IMG/VR virus record: IMGVR_UViG_2529292726_000017
Origin: a virus
Taxonomy: Duplodnaviria > Heunggongvirae > Uroviricota > Caudoviricetes
Strand: one strand, 5' to 3'
DNA length: 10,567 bases
The translations under genes and the position numbers were made by a program. Of the stretch, positions 1 through 10,380 are shown in pieces (within the stretch, counting starts at the first letter, position 1; each line of letters opens with the position of its first letter). The notes under the pieces are model-generated. The model did not search any database. It saw only the letters and a program-made list of their open reading frames with translations, and was not told the DNA's origin.

Positions 1-2111
<2,111 letters not shown>

Positions 2112-2140
<29 letters not shown>

Positions 2141-2836
2141 AACGCACACCTCCGGAAATACCTTCCCCAAGATGCATCAGTTCTTCGTCCGTTCGCTCCG
2201 GTATCCCGTTCTCTTCCGGTAAAAGGCTGAAATCAGCCACCGCAGCATCACTGCTGCCGGACACCATTCTCACGATCAATGCCTTCAGCGAGGCAAACTG
2301 CGCATCCATCCACACATCACTGAAGCTCTGCATCCGGAAATAATCGCCCCACTCACCAAGCTCAGTGGCTGACATTTCCGACAGCATCCGCCGCCAGTCT
2401 GCCCGCCGGAACTCCCGGGCAAGCCGCATGACAAACTGCATTTCCCGCGTCAGGACTTTTCCGGCGTCAGCACCTCATGCTCCAAATCCCCGGCATTCTC
2501 AATGGCTCCCATACCGCTCAGCGACAGAACCATCTCCGCCCCCGCTCCCAGGGCATCATACGACCATGTTGTAATAACGGATGCGCAAAGCGTCTCAACA
2601 TCCTGAGACTGTTCCGCATTCCACAGTGAGCGGGAAACCAGCCAGGCATTGATATCCATCCCCATCCGCAGAAAAGCAATCTGTCGTTCAGCCTCCGGCA
2701 GTTCTCCCTCTTCGGCATCAAACTTTGCCGTTCGCTGCTGAACAAACGCCAGATATTCAATTCTCTGCAGCCCGGACAGCTCACTGAGCACCACGGACTG
2801 CTTTTCATAATTAAACGTGCCCTGTTTCAGAAACAT
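2112..2836 (-). CDS. tail assembly chaperone G-T fusion (lambda gpGT-like), made by programmed -1 frameshift near 2456..2464
   Basis: T-frame ORF 2112..2441 (…ADWRRMLSEMSATELGEWGDYF…GGVRYG) resembles lambda gpT (WRRMLS and GGVRYG motifs). It lies in the -1 frame relative to G and is open from 2474 through the G stop. No independent RBS or start is needed. Confidence 0.7.
2450..2836 (-). CDS. tail assembly chaperone G (lambda gpG-like)
   Basis: MFLKQGTFNYEKQSVVLSELSGLQRIEYLAF… versus lambda G MFLKTESFEHNGVTVTLSELSALQRIEHLAL. Start ATG 2836..2834 with GGTGGAG 6 nt upstream; stop TGA 2452..2450. Confidence 0.85.
   Translation of the reverse strand: MFLKQGTFNYEKQSVVLSELSGLQRIEYLAFVQQRTAKFDAEEGELPEAERQIAFLRMGMDINAWLVSRSLWNAEQSQDVETLCASVITTWSYDALGAGAEMVLSLSGMGAIENAGDLEHEVLTPEKS
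2456..2464 (-). promoter_or_regulatory. candidate -1 ribosomal frameshift site (CCG GAA AAG, slippery G_GAA_AAG) at the 3' end of G
   Basis: Minus-strand sequence ...ACG CCG GAA AAG TCC TGA. Slipping tRNA-Lys from AAG to AAA enters the open T frame (GGA AAA GTC CTG ACG CGG GAA ATG CAG...). Position is equivalent to the lambda G GGA AAG site, with one substitution. Confidence 0.55.
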
Positions 2837-2852
2837 CATGTTCTCCACCTGC

Positions 2853-2876
2853 AAAAAAGCCCCGGATAACCGGGGC
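2853..2876 (-). terminator. intrinsic terminator-like hairpin between V and G
   Basis: Minus strand reads GCCCCGG-TTAT-CCGGGGC followed by TTTTTT: a perfect 7-bp GC-rich stem, 4-nt loop and 6-T run, about 20 nt after the V stop. Confidence 0.6.
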
Positions 2877-2896
2877 AAATGATGAGTATCGTCCTG

Positions 2897-3640
2897 TTAA
2901 CCTGCGGCGCTGACAGCCACCGCAGCCACTGCCACAAAATCGCCGTCAGAAGTCATGCCCACAATGCTGACACTGCCCTGCTTCACGCCTTTCACCGTGG
3001 CCACAAGCCCGTTCAGGGTCACCGTGGCAGTCTGTGGATCTGTCGAATGCACACTGATCGCTTTGTCACTGGCTCCGTCAGGTTTTACTGTAAAGGTCAG
3101 CGTGGTGGTTGCTCCCACTTTTACACTGGCAGATGCCGGTGCCACCGTCAGCCCGGTAACGCTCACTGTTTCAGTGCCTTCCTCTGCCAGATACGGACGC
3201 CCCACACCGCTGATTTTCACTGTACGGGTCATCACGTCTTTTGAGGCAATGGTTTTACCCAGTGAGCTCAGCCAGCCACGGAAAACATCAACAGTGCCGT
3301 TGGGATATTTGATACGAAACGCGCAGACTTCACCGGAGTCGAACAACTGAACCAGTTTTTTCTGCCCGCTGTCACCCGGACGCCAGGCCAGCGTCGCCGA
3401 AGTATCACCGACGGATTTCTGCCCCTGGGTTGTCGTTTTCCAGTCTGCATCTTCATCATCGAGATAAGAGTCATCTTCTGCATCAGCGGTCATTTCGCCA
3501 GGTTGCAGATCCTTCACCATCGCAAGACGCAGCCAGTCAGTGTCCGATAAAGGGTTCGCAAACGCATCGCCCTTGCCGGTGTACATCCAGAACGTCGTTC
3601 CCGCACCTTTCGTTTTTGCCAGTGGATTTGGTGTGGTCAT
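2897..3640 (-). CDS. major tail (tail tube) protein, lambda gpV-like, with C-terminal Ig-like domain
   Basis: MTTPNPLAKTKGAGTTFWMYTGKGDAFANPLSDTDW…YLDDEDADW…NGTVDVFRGW closely parallels lambda V ([36 protein letters not shown]…SYLDDEDADW…NGTVDVFRGW). ATG 3640..3638 has AGGAGG 5 nt upstream; the track's 3646 start is GTG. C-terminal ~90 aa is T/V/S/A-rich, Ig-like. Confidence 0.9.
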   Translation of the reverse strand: MTTPNPLAKTKGAGTTFWMYTGKGDAFANPLSDTDWLRLAMVKDLQPGEMTADAEDDSYLDDEDADWKTTTQGQKSVGDTSATLAWRPGDSGQKKLVQLFDSGEVCAFRIKYPNGTVDVFRGWLSSLGKTIASKDVMTRTVKISGVGRPYLAEEGTETVSVTGLTVAPASASVKVGATTTLTFTVKPDGASDKAISVHSTDPQTATVTLNGLVATVKGVKQGSVSIVGMTSDGDFVAVAAVAVSAAG

Positions 3641-3651
3641 TGCCACCTCCT

Positions 3652-4053
3652 TTAATTCGTGTACGTGATCTGGTACGTGATTTCCGCCATCGCCCAGGTG
3701 GCCATCTCATTATCACGTTGATAGTTAAAACCGAGAGGGATCAGGGTGTCGATGAGTCCGGAAAGTGCCGGTATATCATTCAGGGCCGGGAAAATGGTGC
3801 TCTCCATCCACATATCCAGCTCTGAATCCGGTGCCTGTGCCCGGATGAAGACAGCAATATGCAGAACAGCCTGCCAGTCATCTTCATCCGTCATTTTTCC
3901 GGTGTACTGAGCATCACTCAGCCACACCGCCACGGCAGGCAGTTCCTGCGCATCAATAAATGCCGGAAGCCCGTCAAAAAACGTGGCGCTGTCTCCACAC
4001 TGTTCCCGAAGGCGTGCCAGTACGGCCTGGCGGATTTGTGTATGTCGGTTCAT
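3652..4053 (-). CDS. tail terminator protein, lambda gpU-like
   Basis: MNRHTQIRQAVLARL…ATFFDG…FPAVAVWL…DIPALSGLI versus lambda U MKHTELRAAVLDAL…ATFFDG…FPAVAVYL…DIPALSDLI. ATG 4053..4051 overlaps the Z stop (ATGA); the track's start at 4065 is 4 codons upstream. Confidence 0.85.
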   Translation of the reverse strand: MNRHTQIRQAVLARLREQCGDSATFFDGLPAFIDAQELPAVAVWLSDAQYTGKMTDEDDWQAVLHIAVFIRAQAPDSELDMWMESTIFPALNDIPALSGLIDTLIPLGFNYQRDNEMATWAMAEITYQITYTN

Positions 4054-4628
4054 CGGGTCAGCCATAACCTCAGTTGTTGTTTCAGTGCATACCCCAGCTG
4101 TTTCGGCATTTCCGCAGCAATGATGCGGTCGCGGGCATCTTCAAATGCCTGTGTCAGCGGTCCGGAAAGCGGGATTTTCACCACATCAATGGGGTAACGA
4201 TTTTTGCCATCAATACGCCGCATCACATGCCAGCGACCATTCGCCAGTTGCTGAATAAACGCATCCCGGAAAAGATATTTACCCACCTTCAGCACACTGC
4301 CACGGTACTGCAGTTTTCCACCACGCCGGGCTAGTCTGACCCGGGCTGTCCCCAGCTTAATGGCGGGAAGATTGCCCCGGTTAACGCGGATCCTGGCCGT
4401 CATTTTTCCTGACGGACTGGCTTTAAACACCCGGACACGCTGACGTACCAGTTTCAGGGGGATCCCTTTCACCTGGTTATCTCCCGCAACGGTATTCCCG
4501 GCAACCTGCCGGGTGGCAACCGAGACCGCTTTCTGTGCCACACGGTTTATCGCCCATGCGCTGGCCTGTGGCACCATACGGGTATCAAGGCTGTTCAGAT
4601 TGCGGATGGCATTCTCAAGCCCCTTCAT
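4050..4628 (-). CDS. tail completion protein, lambda gpZ-like
   Basis: MKGLENAIRNL…AWAINRVA…NGRWHVMRRIDGKNRYPIDVVKIPL…LGYALKQQLR versus lambda Z …IKGLEQAVENL…NGRWHVMQRVAGKNRYPIDVVKIP…LGYALQHQLR. GAGGT RBS before ATG 4628. Confidence 0.85.
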   Translation of the reverse strand: MKGLENAIRNLNSLDTRMVPQASAWAINRVAQKAVSVATRQVAGNTVAGDNQVKGIPLKLVRQRVRVFKASPSGKMTARIRVNRGNLPAIKLGTARVRLARRGGKLQYRGSVLKVGKYLFRDAFIQQLANGRWHVMRRIDGKNRYPIDVVKIPLSGPLTQAFEDARDRIIAAEMPKQLGYALKQQLRLWLTR

Positions 4629-4639
4629 CCCACACCTCT

Positions 4640-4915
4640 TTACTCAATAAAGATCATTGGCTTACCGTTAAAACGTTCATGCCGTGTGACCGTCCATTGT
4701 TGTCCGTCATAAACAACGTGATCCCCGCGCCGTGGGCGGTATCCCGAAGAAAACACCACCAGAGAGACCGCAGGTCCGGACAGAGCATTCAGCTCTGCCA
4801 GTGTTTCGCCCGGGATCACAGCCATATCGACATCATTAATCGAGGCTGTCTTTCCCATCTTTCTGACCGTGATCGCATCCATACGCGCTGCCAGCCGGGA
4901 AAAGGGATCAGACAT
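4640..4915 (-). CDS. small head-tail connector / head completion protein occupying the lambda FII position
   Basis: 91-aa ORF between the post-capsid small protein and Z. Assignment is by position and size only; no clear similarity to lambda FII that I can recall. Start overlaps the upstream gene stop by 8 nt. Confidence 0.5.
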   Translation of the reverse strand: MSDPFSRLAARMDAITVRKMGKTASINDVDMAVIPGETLAELNALSGPAVSLVVFSSGYRPRRGDHVVYDGQQWTVTRHERFNGKPMIFIE

Positions 4916-5231
4916 TGAGTTTTACCTGCACTTCTTCTGCACTGGTTCCGGCATCTGCCCAGACAACCCCGACCAGCGGATCAGAGCCGCTGTTAGTCAG
5001 CTGAACTTTTCCGGACTTCAGATAAACCTTCTTACCCGTTTTCATGTCATCCGTTTTCAGTTTAGGCAGGATAAACACACCTTCGGTCATGCCGTCGCCT
5101 GTTTCACCCTGTGGAATATCGGTCAGCGCCACCGCAAAAACATCACCCACCTGCACCAGATCTCCGCTGCTGATGGCTGCACTGGCAACAATCGCCACCG
5201 TTTTTCCTTCTTCTACAAAATTCTTTGCCAT
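4908..5231 (-). CDS. small protein following the capsid gene, possible head decoration / cementing protein
   Basis: ORF 4908..5276; likely start is ATG 5231..5229 (MAKNFVEEGKTVAIV…) with GGAG 6 nt upstream. Gly/Val-rich, about 107 aa, immediately downstream of the capsid gene. Function is inferred from position, not sequence. Confidence 0.55.
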   Translation of the reverse strand: MAKNFVEEGKTVAIVASAAISSGDLVQVGDVFAVALTDIPQGETGDGMTEGVFILPKLKTDDMKTGKKVYLKSGKVQLTNSGSDPLVGVVWADAGTSAEEVQVKLNV

Positions 5232-5274
5232 AACTGTCTCCGCACAGCCCCGTTCAGAGGCTGATTTCAGGTAC

Positions 5275-5293
5275 AAAAAAAGCCCTTACGGGC
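5275..5293 (-). terminator. weak terminator-like hairpin + T7 run just downstream of the capsid gene
   Basis: Minus strand reads GCCC-GTAA-GGGC followed by TTTTTTT, about 25 nt after the capsid stop (5318). The stem is only 4 bp, so confidence is modest. Confidence 0.4.
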
Positions 5294-5317
5294 CATCAGA
5301 GTTGTTGTCTGCGACGT

Positions 5318-7276
5318 TTACGCCGTACATTTCACCAGACCGCGGTGATCAACTGGCGCGACACCGGCGTCAATACGCACTTTCGTTGTCACGCCATCCA
5401 CACTGAAGCCCTCCATCTGATCAATATATGGCGTATCCACACCGTTGAGATAAGCCACTTCAATCGTATCGGAGCCTTTGGACGCAGCCAGGTAGAAGGT
5501 GGTCTGGCTGTTATCATCAAGACGAGGCTCTGCAATAACGGTCGCAAAATCTTTCACCGGGTTAATAATACCGGCGTTAATGTCAGCCCCCTTGACACTT
5601 GAGGAGCGAATGACCCGGTTAGCAACAGACTCCATCGCCGTCGGTACCAGTACGAACGCAGGACGAATATTCAGATGACGCTCCCCCTCTTTCTGAACGC
5701 GCATCAACTGGCGGGCTTTATCCAGCGATGCCACGTCCATTGCAGCGCTCTCCAGTACGTTTGCATGTTTCGCTTTATCGAACAGACTTACATTATCTGT
5801 GGAGATTTTCGGGTTAGACGTCAGAATGGCATAAACCAGATCGGCAATGGTGGATTTCGCCGCACGGCCCAGCTTCATCGGGACATCGGTCAGCATATTC
5901 AGATCATCATTGATAATGGCCTGACGGGTGATACTGAACAGCTCGCCATAGGTCGCCAGTGCAATAGTGGCCTGTTTATCTCCGGTGGTGACGTATTTAT
6001 ATTCCGCCCCTTCACGCACCTGACGCAGAGCACTGAAGCCCCCCATACCCACACGATGGGCAATTTTAAAATCAGACAACTGACCTTTCCGCGTCCACTG
6101 TTCATAGGTTTCAGGAGCATCTTCCCAGCCCTGCAGAATGGCTTTGTTCGCAACATCCAGCAGAATATTACCGAAGTCAGACGTACTGTGTGTGAACGCC
6201 GCACCGACCATCTGCATCGGGTTATAACTGGAAACCCCAATACCCCGTTCAGTCAGTGACATACGGGCATATTCACGCAGGGTCATCCCGTTGTAGACAT
6301 TATCACGTTCGGTTTTTTCAAATCCGGCACGCGCCATCAGCGCCTGGCGGATCCCGTCCCCCACAAAATTACCGTTACCGGCATAAATATGAGCCGGGGT
6401 ATTTTTATTGGATGGCGTGGACTCGCGCCCCATCTCGTTCAACAGCTTTTCGCGGGCCTGCTCCAGCGAACATTCAGGATCGGCAAGACACTGAGCCTGC
6501 AGCGTCTGATAACGCCCGCCAAACATGGCAAACAGATCATTAATACCGTTTACACGCGCTTTTTGCTCTGCCAGTACCTGCGCACGGATACTGTTTTCAT
6601 CCACCACGGGTGCTGCTGCCTGCACTGGCGTCCGGGAGGCTGCAGGTTCATCATCCTGTACGCGTGGAGCACTGTTGCGTGGCGGAGTAATCATGTTTCG
6701 AATGGATTCCGGCATCTTTTTAAATTCCTCTGTACGTTTTGACTGAATACATGCCATTGCCTTAACGGCTGGCGTTACCTGATCAGCAAATCCATGTGCC
6801 AGACATTCGGCACCGGACATCCAGGTCTCATCCGCCAGCATGGCAGCAATTTCATCGGTGGTTTTCCCGGTTTTCTGTGCATAAGCGGGTAACAGAACCG
6901 CCTCAACTTTATCGAGCAGGTCGGCATAGGTGCGCATGTCCTCCGCATCACCGCCCGTAAAGCCAAATGGTTTATGAATCATCATGAAAGTGTTTTCCGG
7001 CATAATGACCGGGTTTCCCACCATCGCAATGACCGACGCCATTGACGCCGCCACACCGTCGACATAAACGGTAATGGACGCACCATGTGTTTTCAGCGCA
7101 TTAAAAATGGCGATGCCTTCAAAGACATCGCCACCCGGTGAATTAATATGGAGATTAATGTGGGTGATATCGCCCAGTGCATTCAGATCACTGATAAACT
7201 GCTTCGCTGTAACACCCCAGAAACCAATCTCGTCATAAATATAAATATCCGCGTCACTCTGGTGACCAGCCTGCAT
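5318..7276 (-). CDS. prohead protease (S49/ClpP-like) fused to major capsid protein in one ORF
   Basis: N-terminal part DIYIYDEIGFWGVTAKQF…INSPGGDVFEGIAIFNAL…VDGVAASMASVIAMVG… is S49/ClpP-like. A P/Q/A-rich linker follows, then an ~400-aa capsid-like domain ending …VAPVDHRGLVKCTA. Start taken as ATG 7276..7274, 14 nt after the portal stop (weak RBS); the track ORF extends to 7537 through the portal 3' end. Confidence 0.8.
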   Translation of the reverse strand: MQAGHQSDADIYIYDEIGFWGVTAKQFISDLNALGDITHINLHINSPGGDVFEGIAIFNALKTHGASITVYVDGVAASMASVIAMVGNPVIMPENTFMMIHKPFGFTGGDAEDMRTYADLLDKVEAVLLPAYAQKTGKTTDEIAAMLADETWMSGAECLAHGFADQVTPAVKAMACIQSKRTEEFKKMPESIRNMITPPRNSAPRVQDDEPAASRTPVQAAAPVVDENSIRAQVLAEQKARVNGINDLFAMFGGRYQTLQAQCLADPECSLEQAREKLLNEMGRESTPSNKNTPAHIYAGNGNFVGDGIRQALMARAGFEKTERDNVYNGMTLREYARMSLTERGIGVSSYNPMQMVGAAFTHSTSDFGNILLDVANKAILQGWEDAPETYEQWTRKGQLSDFKIAHRVGMGGFSALRQVREGAEYKYVTTGDKQATIALATYGELFSITRQAIINDDLNMLTDVPMKLGRAAKSTIADLVYAILTSNPKISTDNVSLFDKAKHANVLESAAMDVASLDKARQLMRVQKEGERHLNIRPAFVLVPTAMESVANRVIRSSSVKGADINAGIINPVKDFATVIAEPRLDDNSQTTFYLAASKGSDTIEVAYLNGVDTPYIDQMEGFSVDGVTTKVRIDAGVAPVDHRGLVKCTA

Positions 7277-7289
7277 CCTGAACCAGGAA

Positions 7290-8798
7290 TTATTCTTCGG
7301 ACTGGTCGTCGGTGTGCTGCGGCTCCTGTCGTTTCGTTGCGGCACTGCTGCCTCCTTTATCACTGGCCGGATCGGTATCAAATACCAGATCCAGCTTGCG
7401 GTTTTCATCAATTTCGGCCTTGCGCCGACGTTTGACATCATCCGGATTACGACCACCTGCACGTACCCAGTCTGATTCTGTCGCCGCTCCACCACGAATC
7501 TGGATTTTCCAGGCCTCAGCCTCCTTAACAGGGTCAATCCACGGCATCACCGGTCCGGAATACACCGCGGTATACAGTGAAGAACGGTCAAGATCGCGGG
7601 GTAGCCTGATAACACCGGATGCCACAGCCTGTTTCAGCCAGGCACGATACATCGGGCGGGTGACGGCACCAATAAACCAGTCCTGCAGGATCAGGTAGCC
7701 ATCAGTAGACTCAACCAGTTCCTGACGCTGGGCGCTGTAAGTGCCGTTATAGTTGCGTGCCGTACTGGAAAAACTCAGACGACTGCCCGCCGCCACGGCA
7801 CGCAACTGACCATTACGAAAAGTTTCAAGGTTAGGATTGGGACGATCCGACTTCACCATTCCGATTTCTTCGCCGGGTTTCAGATCGTCGTAAATAATGC
7901 CTGGCTGAATGGTAAGCTCGCGTTCATTCTCCTTGCTGCCATTACCATCCGGTTCATAGCTCTGCCCGTCGCCTTTCCGGATGTACATCCCCAGAGCAGC
8001 GGCGATCCTTGCTGCAGTCAGCTCAGAATCTTCATACTCTTTCAGGGCACTGAGGCGGATCAGCACACCGGACAACAAAGACGTCCCGCGCATCTGGTGC
8101 AGACGGCGAACAAATTTAAGATGCAGCATTCGCTCTGCATCCACTTCTTTGGTTTCCATCTGCCGCCCGGATACGGGACGGCTTTTATACACCAGATATT
8201 TTTCGGGACGCCCCCAGTCATCAACAAACACGCCCTGATTCAGCCTGTTGCTATCATCACTGGTCATGGGAATAAAGTCCGGCTCGAGCGCCTCCAGCCA
8301 GAAATTAACACCGGCAGAAGGCGTCAGGCTGTTTATGCGCCCGGAAACCATCTGGGCAAACACCTCACCATCGCGCAGCCAGGTACGCAGCATCAGACGT
8401 TCCAGCATCGGACGGGTAAACTGCCCGGTGACTTCCGGACTGACAGACCATTCACTCCATCGGGTGCGAATCTCCGCAGCCAGGTCACGGGCAATGGCCC
8501 CATTGCGTAATACCGGATGTGGCTCGACAATAATCCCGTTTTTCCCCACCACCCGTTCTTCCAGCTTGTCAAATACACCAATAACCAGATCGTGGTTGTT
8601 ATCAAGGTAACGGGCCTGCTCACGTAACGACACGGCCCCGTACTGGCTTAACTGGTCGGCAGTTCGGTTTTCCCGCCGGGCTTTGTGTGTCCGCGTCGTT
8701 TTTACGGCCTCATAAGCCTGGATCACCGCACGGGAACGCAGCCTTGCCGCTTTCCATCCTGGTGAAAAAACGCCAATCACATCATCAAGAATAGCCAT
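7290..8798 (-). CDS. portal protein (lambda gpB family)
   Basis: 502 aa from ATG 8798..8796 (MAILDDVIGVFSPGWKAARLRS…), GAGG 5 nt upstream; the ATG overlaps the W stop (TGATG). Size and position (after terminase and W, before protease) fit a portal, with scattered gpB-like motifs. The track ORF begins 24 codons upstream at 8870. Confidence 0.8.
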   Translation of the reverse strand: MAILDDVIGVFSPGWKAARLRSRAVIQAYEAVKTTRTHKARRENRTADQLSQYGAVSLREQARYLDNNHDLVIGVFDKLEERVVGKNGIIVEPHPVLRNGAIARDLAAEIRTRWSEWSVSPEVTGQFTRPMLERLMLRTWLRDGEVFAQMVSGRINSLTPSAGVNFWLEALEPDFIPMTSDDSNRLNQGVFVDDWGRPEKYLVYKSRPVSGRQMETKEVDAERMLHLKFVRRLHQMRGTSLLSGVLIRLSALKEYEDSELTAARIAAALGMYIRKGDGQSYEPDGNGSKENERELTIQPGIIYDDLKPGEEIGMVKSDRPNPNLETFRNGQLRAVAAGSRLSFSSTARNYNGTYSAQRQELVESTDGYLILQDWFIGAVTRPMYRAWLKQAVASGVIRLPRDLDRSSLYTAVYSGPVMPWIDPVKEAEAWKIQIRGGAATESDWVRAGGRNPDDVKRRRKAEIDENRKLDLVFDTDPASDKGGSSAATKRQEPQHTDDQSEE

Positions 8799-9010
8799 CA
8801 GAACCTCGCCAGCCGGTACCCGGGATGCCCCCGTCGTCGTGTAATCAGAGCCGCAAGGCGGCGCTCCCACTCCTGCCGTCCCTGCCGGATCTCAGATAAG
8901 TTTTCCATGGTCATCTGCTGACCATTAAAGGTGACGGATTTTCCGTCCAGCACCGCCATTTCAGCTTCCGTATAACGCTGAATCATGGCTTCGATATCAT
9001 TCTGGTTCAT
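8798..9010 (-). CDS. head completion / head-tail joining protein, lambda gpW-like
   Basis: MNQNDIEAMIQRYTEAEMAVLDGKSVTFNGQQMTMENLSEIRQ…RRRGHPGYRLARF has the size and C-terminal RRRG motif of lambda W (…QRRRGPAGFYV). ATG 9010..9008 has GGAGG 6 nt upstream and overlaps the terminase stop (ATGA). Confidence 0.75.
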   Translation of the reverse strand: MNQNDIEAMIQRYTEAEMAVLDGKSVTFNGQQMTMENLSEIRQGRQEWERRLAALITRRRGHPGYRLARF

Positions 9011-10239
9011 AACCATCCTCCGGAAGTCAGCCAGGGGTTAACATCGTCAGTTACTGTTTTCTTCCGTTTTTGTTTTTTAACAGGCGTGGATACCGGTTCC
9101 GGTGAGGGTGACGGTTCGGTACTGTCCGGGACACACTCCAGCCAGGTTTCCCGGCTCGCCCACTCCGGTGCATCCGGCCAGCGGATCTTTTCGTATCCAT
9201 GCAGAATGACCAGAGCCTCGGCATACACCATCAGGTCAAAAGCTTCGTTGGCACCGCGACCCGGCTTACTCCATTTCCCGTCACTACTCCGCTCTTCATA
9301 CGTCAGTTCGTCGTAAAACCAGCTCCCCAGCCAGTCAGGGAAATGCACATAGCCGGGACCTGGCGAGTCACGCCATAACGCGTTATTCACCCGGTCTTTC
9401 AGGGCATCCGTCTGAAGAAGCCAGAGCGGCACATCACCTGCGGCCTGCGCCCGTCGGCCCGTTCGTCCGGTGTTATCAGGGAATGTACGGGTGATCAGTT
9501 TTGCGCGCCGGATGCTGTCGCCCTTAAACAGGTAAATACGTTTACCAAGGCCATCACGACGGCAACGACGCCAGAATTTATAGGCATTATCAGTGACCCC
9601 GTCTTCACCGCCGGAGTCCACCGCCATTGCCATCAGTCGCATTTGTTGAGAAGGATCGGAGGCCAGCGGCCAGCTTTTATGAAAAACATCCGTCAGCAGG
9701 ACATCCCAGTCTTCCGGATAGCTGGCCGGATCAATTCGCTGGCTCTCCCCGTCGCTGTCACCGCGCAATGACTGCGTGATGTTGTAACGATCAATAATCC
9801 AGCGTTCGCCACGGCTGCCATAGCCCGTTACCTGAACCACAAAACGGCGATGACGTCCCGCCTGCACATCAACTGTCGCCACCAGGAAATTAACGCCATC
9901 CGGCACACTGCGGGAAGGAACTGGCTCTGCCCGCTGCTCAAGCAGTTCACTTTTTCGTTGCTCCATGCTGACACGGGGAAGATAAGGTAATCCCCAGTCG
10001 GTATTGATAACCGTCTTGAGTGTTTCTTCACTTCCGGTTGTCTCGTATTCCTGTTCTGCAGTAAGCAGTTTGTAAACGAGTTGCGAGAGTGTCTGGTAAG
10101 CAGCTGCCGGACCCTCCATCCAGAATGACGCAATACGTGAGCGTCGGGGATCACCATAACGACTGCCATCCGCATTGATGGATTCACCATCCCGCAACCA
10201 GACCCCACGTCCGTTCAGCTCACGTTTTTGTTCAGGCAT
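9007..10239 (-). pseudogene. terminase large subunit (lambda gpA-like), C-terminal ~410 aa only; N-terminal ATPase region absent
   Basis: …GVWLRDG…TDWGLPYLP…FLVATVDVQ…RFVVQVTGYG…WIIDR… is colinear with lambda gpA from about residue 280 to the end (lambda GIWTRDG…, YLTAGIDSQ…, MRVWGWG…, WLIDRQ). The frame has a stop at 10293..10291 and nothing resembling the gpA N-terminal 280 aa lies upstream; a plus-strand ORF occupies that space instead. Confidence 0.8.
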
Positions 10240-10380
10240 AATCCGTCCTGAACATATGAGACGACAATAACTCAGTCCGCCTGGCGCCGATTATTCTGGC
10301 CGGTTTTGTAACCTGAGTGTCATTTACATGATCCAACAGGAAATGGCGTGACGCTCAATACTTCTCAGGTCAGTTACTAT

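Noticed and set aside
2141-2170. Tape-measure start at 2170 as listed in the ORF track
   Set aside because: Codon at 2170 is TTG with no RBS. The ATG at 2140 has GGAGG 8 nt upstream, and homology to lambda H begins after it.
5675-6259. 194-aa plus-strand ORF inside the capsid gene
   Set aside because: Entirely antisense to a well-supported capsid ORF, with low-complexity, Arg/Cys/His-heavy translation and no RBS. Typical antisense ORF in GC-rich coding DNA.
7277-7537. N-terminal extension of the protease-capsid ORF to 7537
   Set aside because: The extension overlaps the portal 3' end in another frame and translates to Arg/Pro-rich filler; the protease-like sequence starts at MQAGHQSDADIYIYDE.
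6256-8610. Other plus-strand ORFs (6256..6543, 6389..6742, 6525..6746, 7148..7435, 7312..7698, 7981..8238, 8097..8510, 8248..8610)
   Set aside because: All antisense to the capsid or portal genes with non-protein-like composition.
8799-8870. N-terminal extension of the portal ORF to 8870
   Set aside because: It would overlap gpW coding sequence; the ATG at 8798 has a GAGG RBS and a TGATG overlap with the W stop.
9828-10208. 126-aa nested minus-strand ORF within the terminase fragment
   Set aside because: Alternative frame inside a well-supported terminase frame; no independent support.
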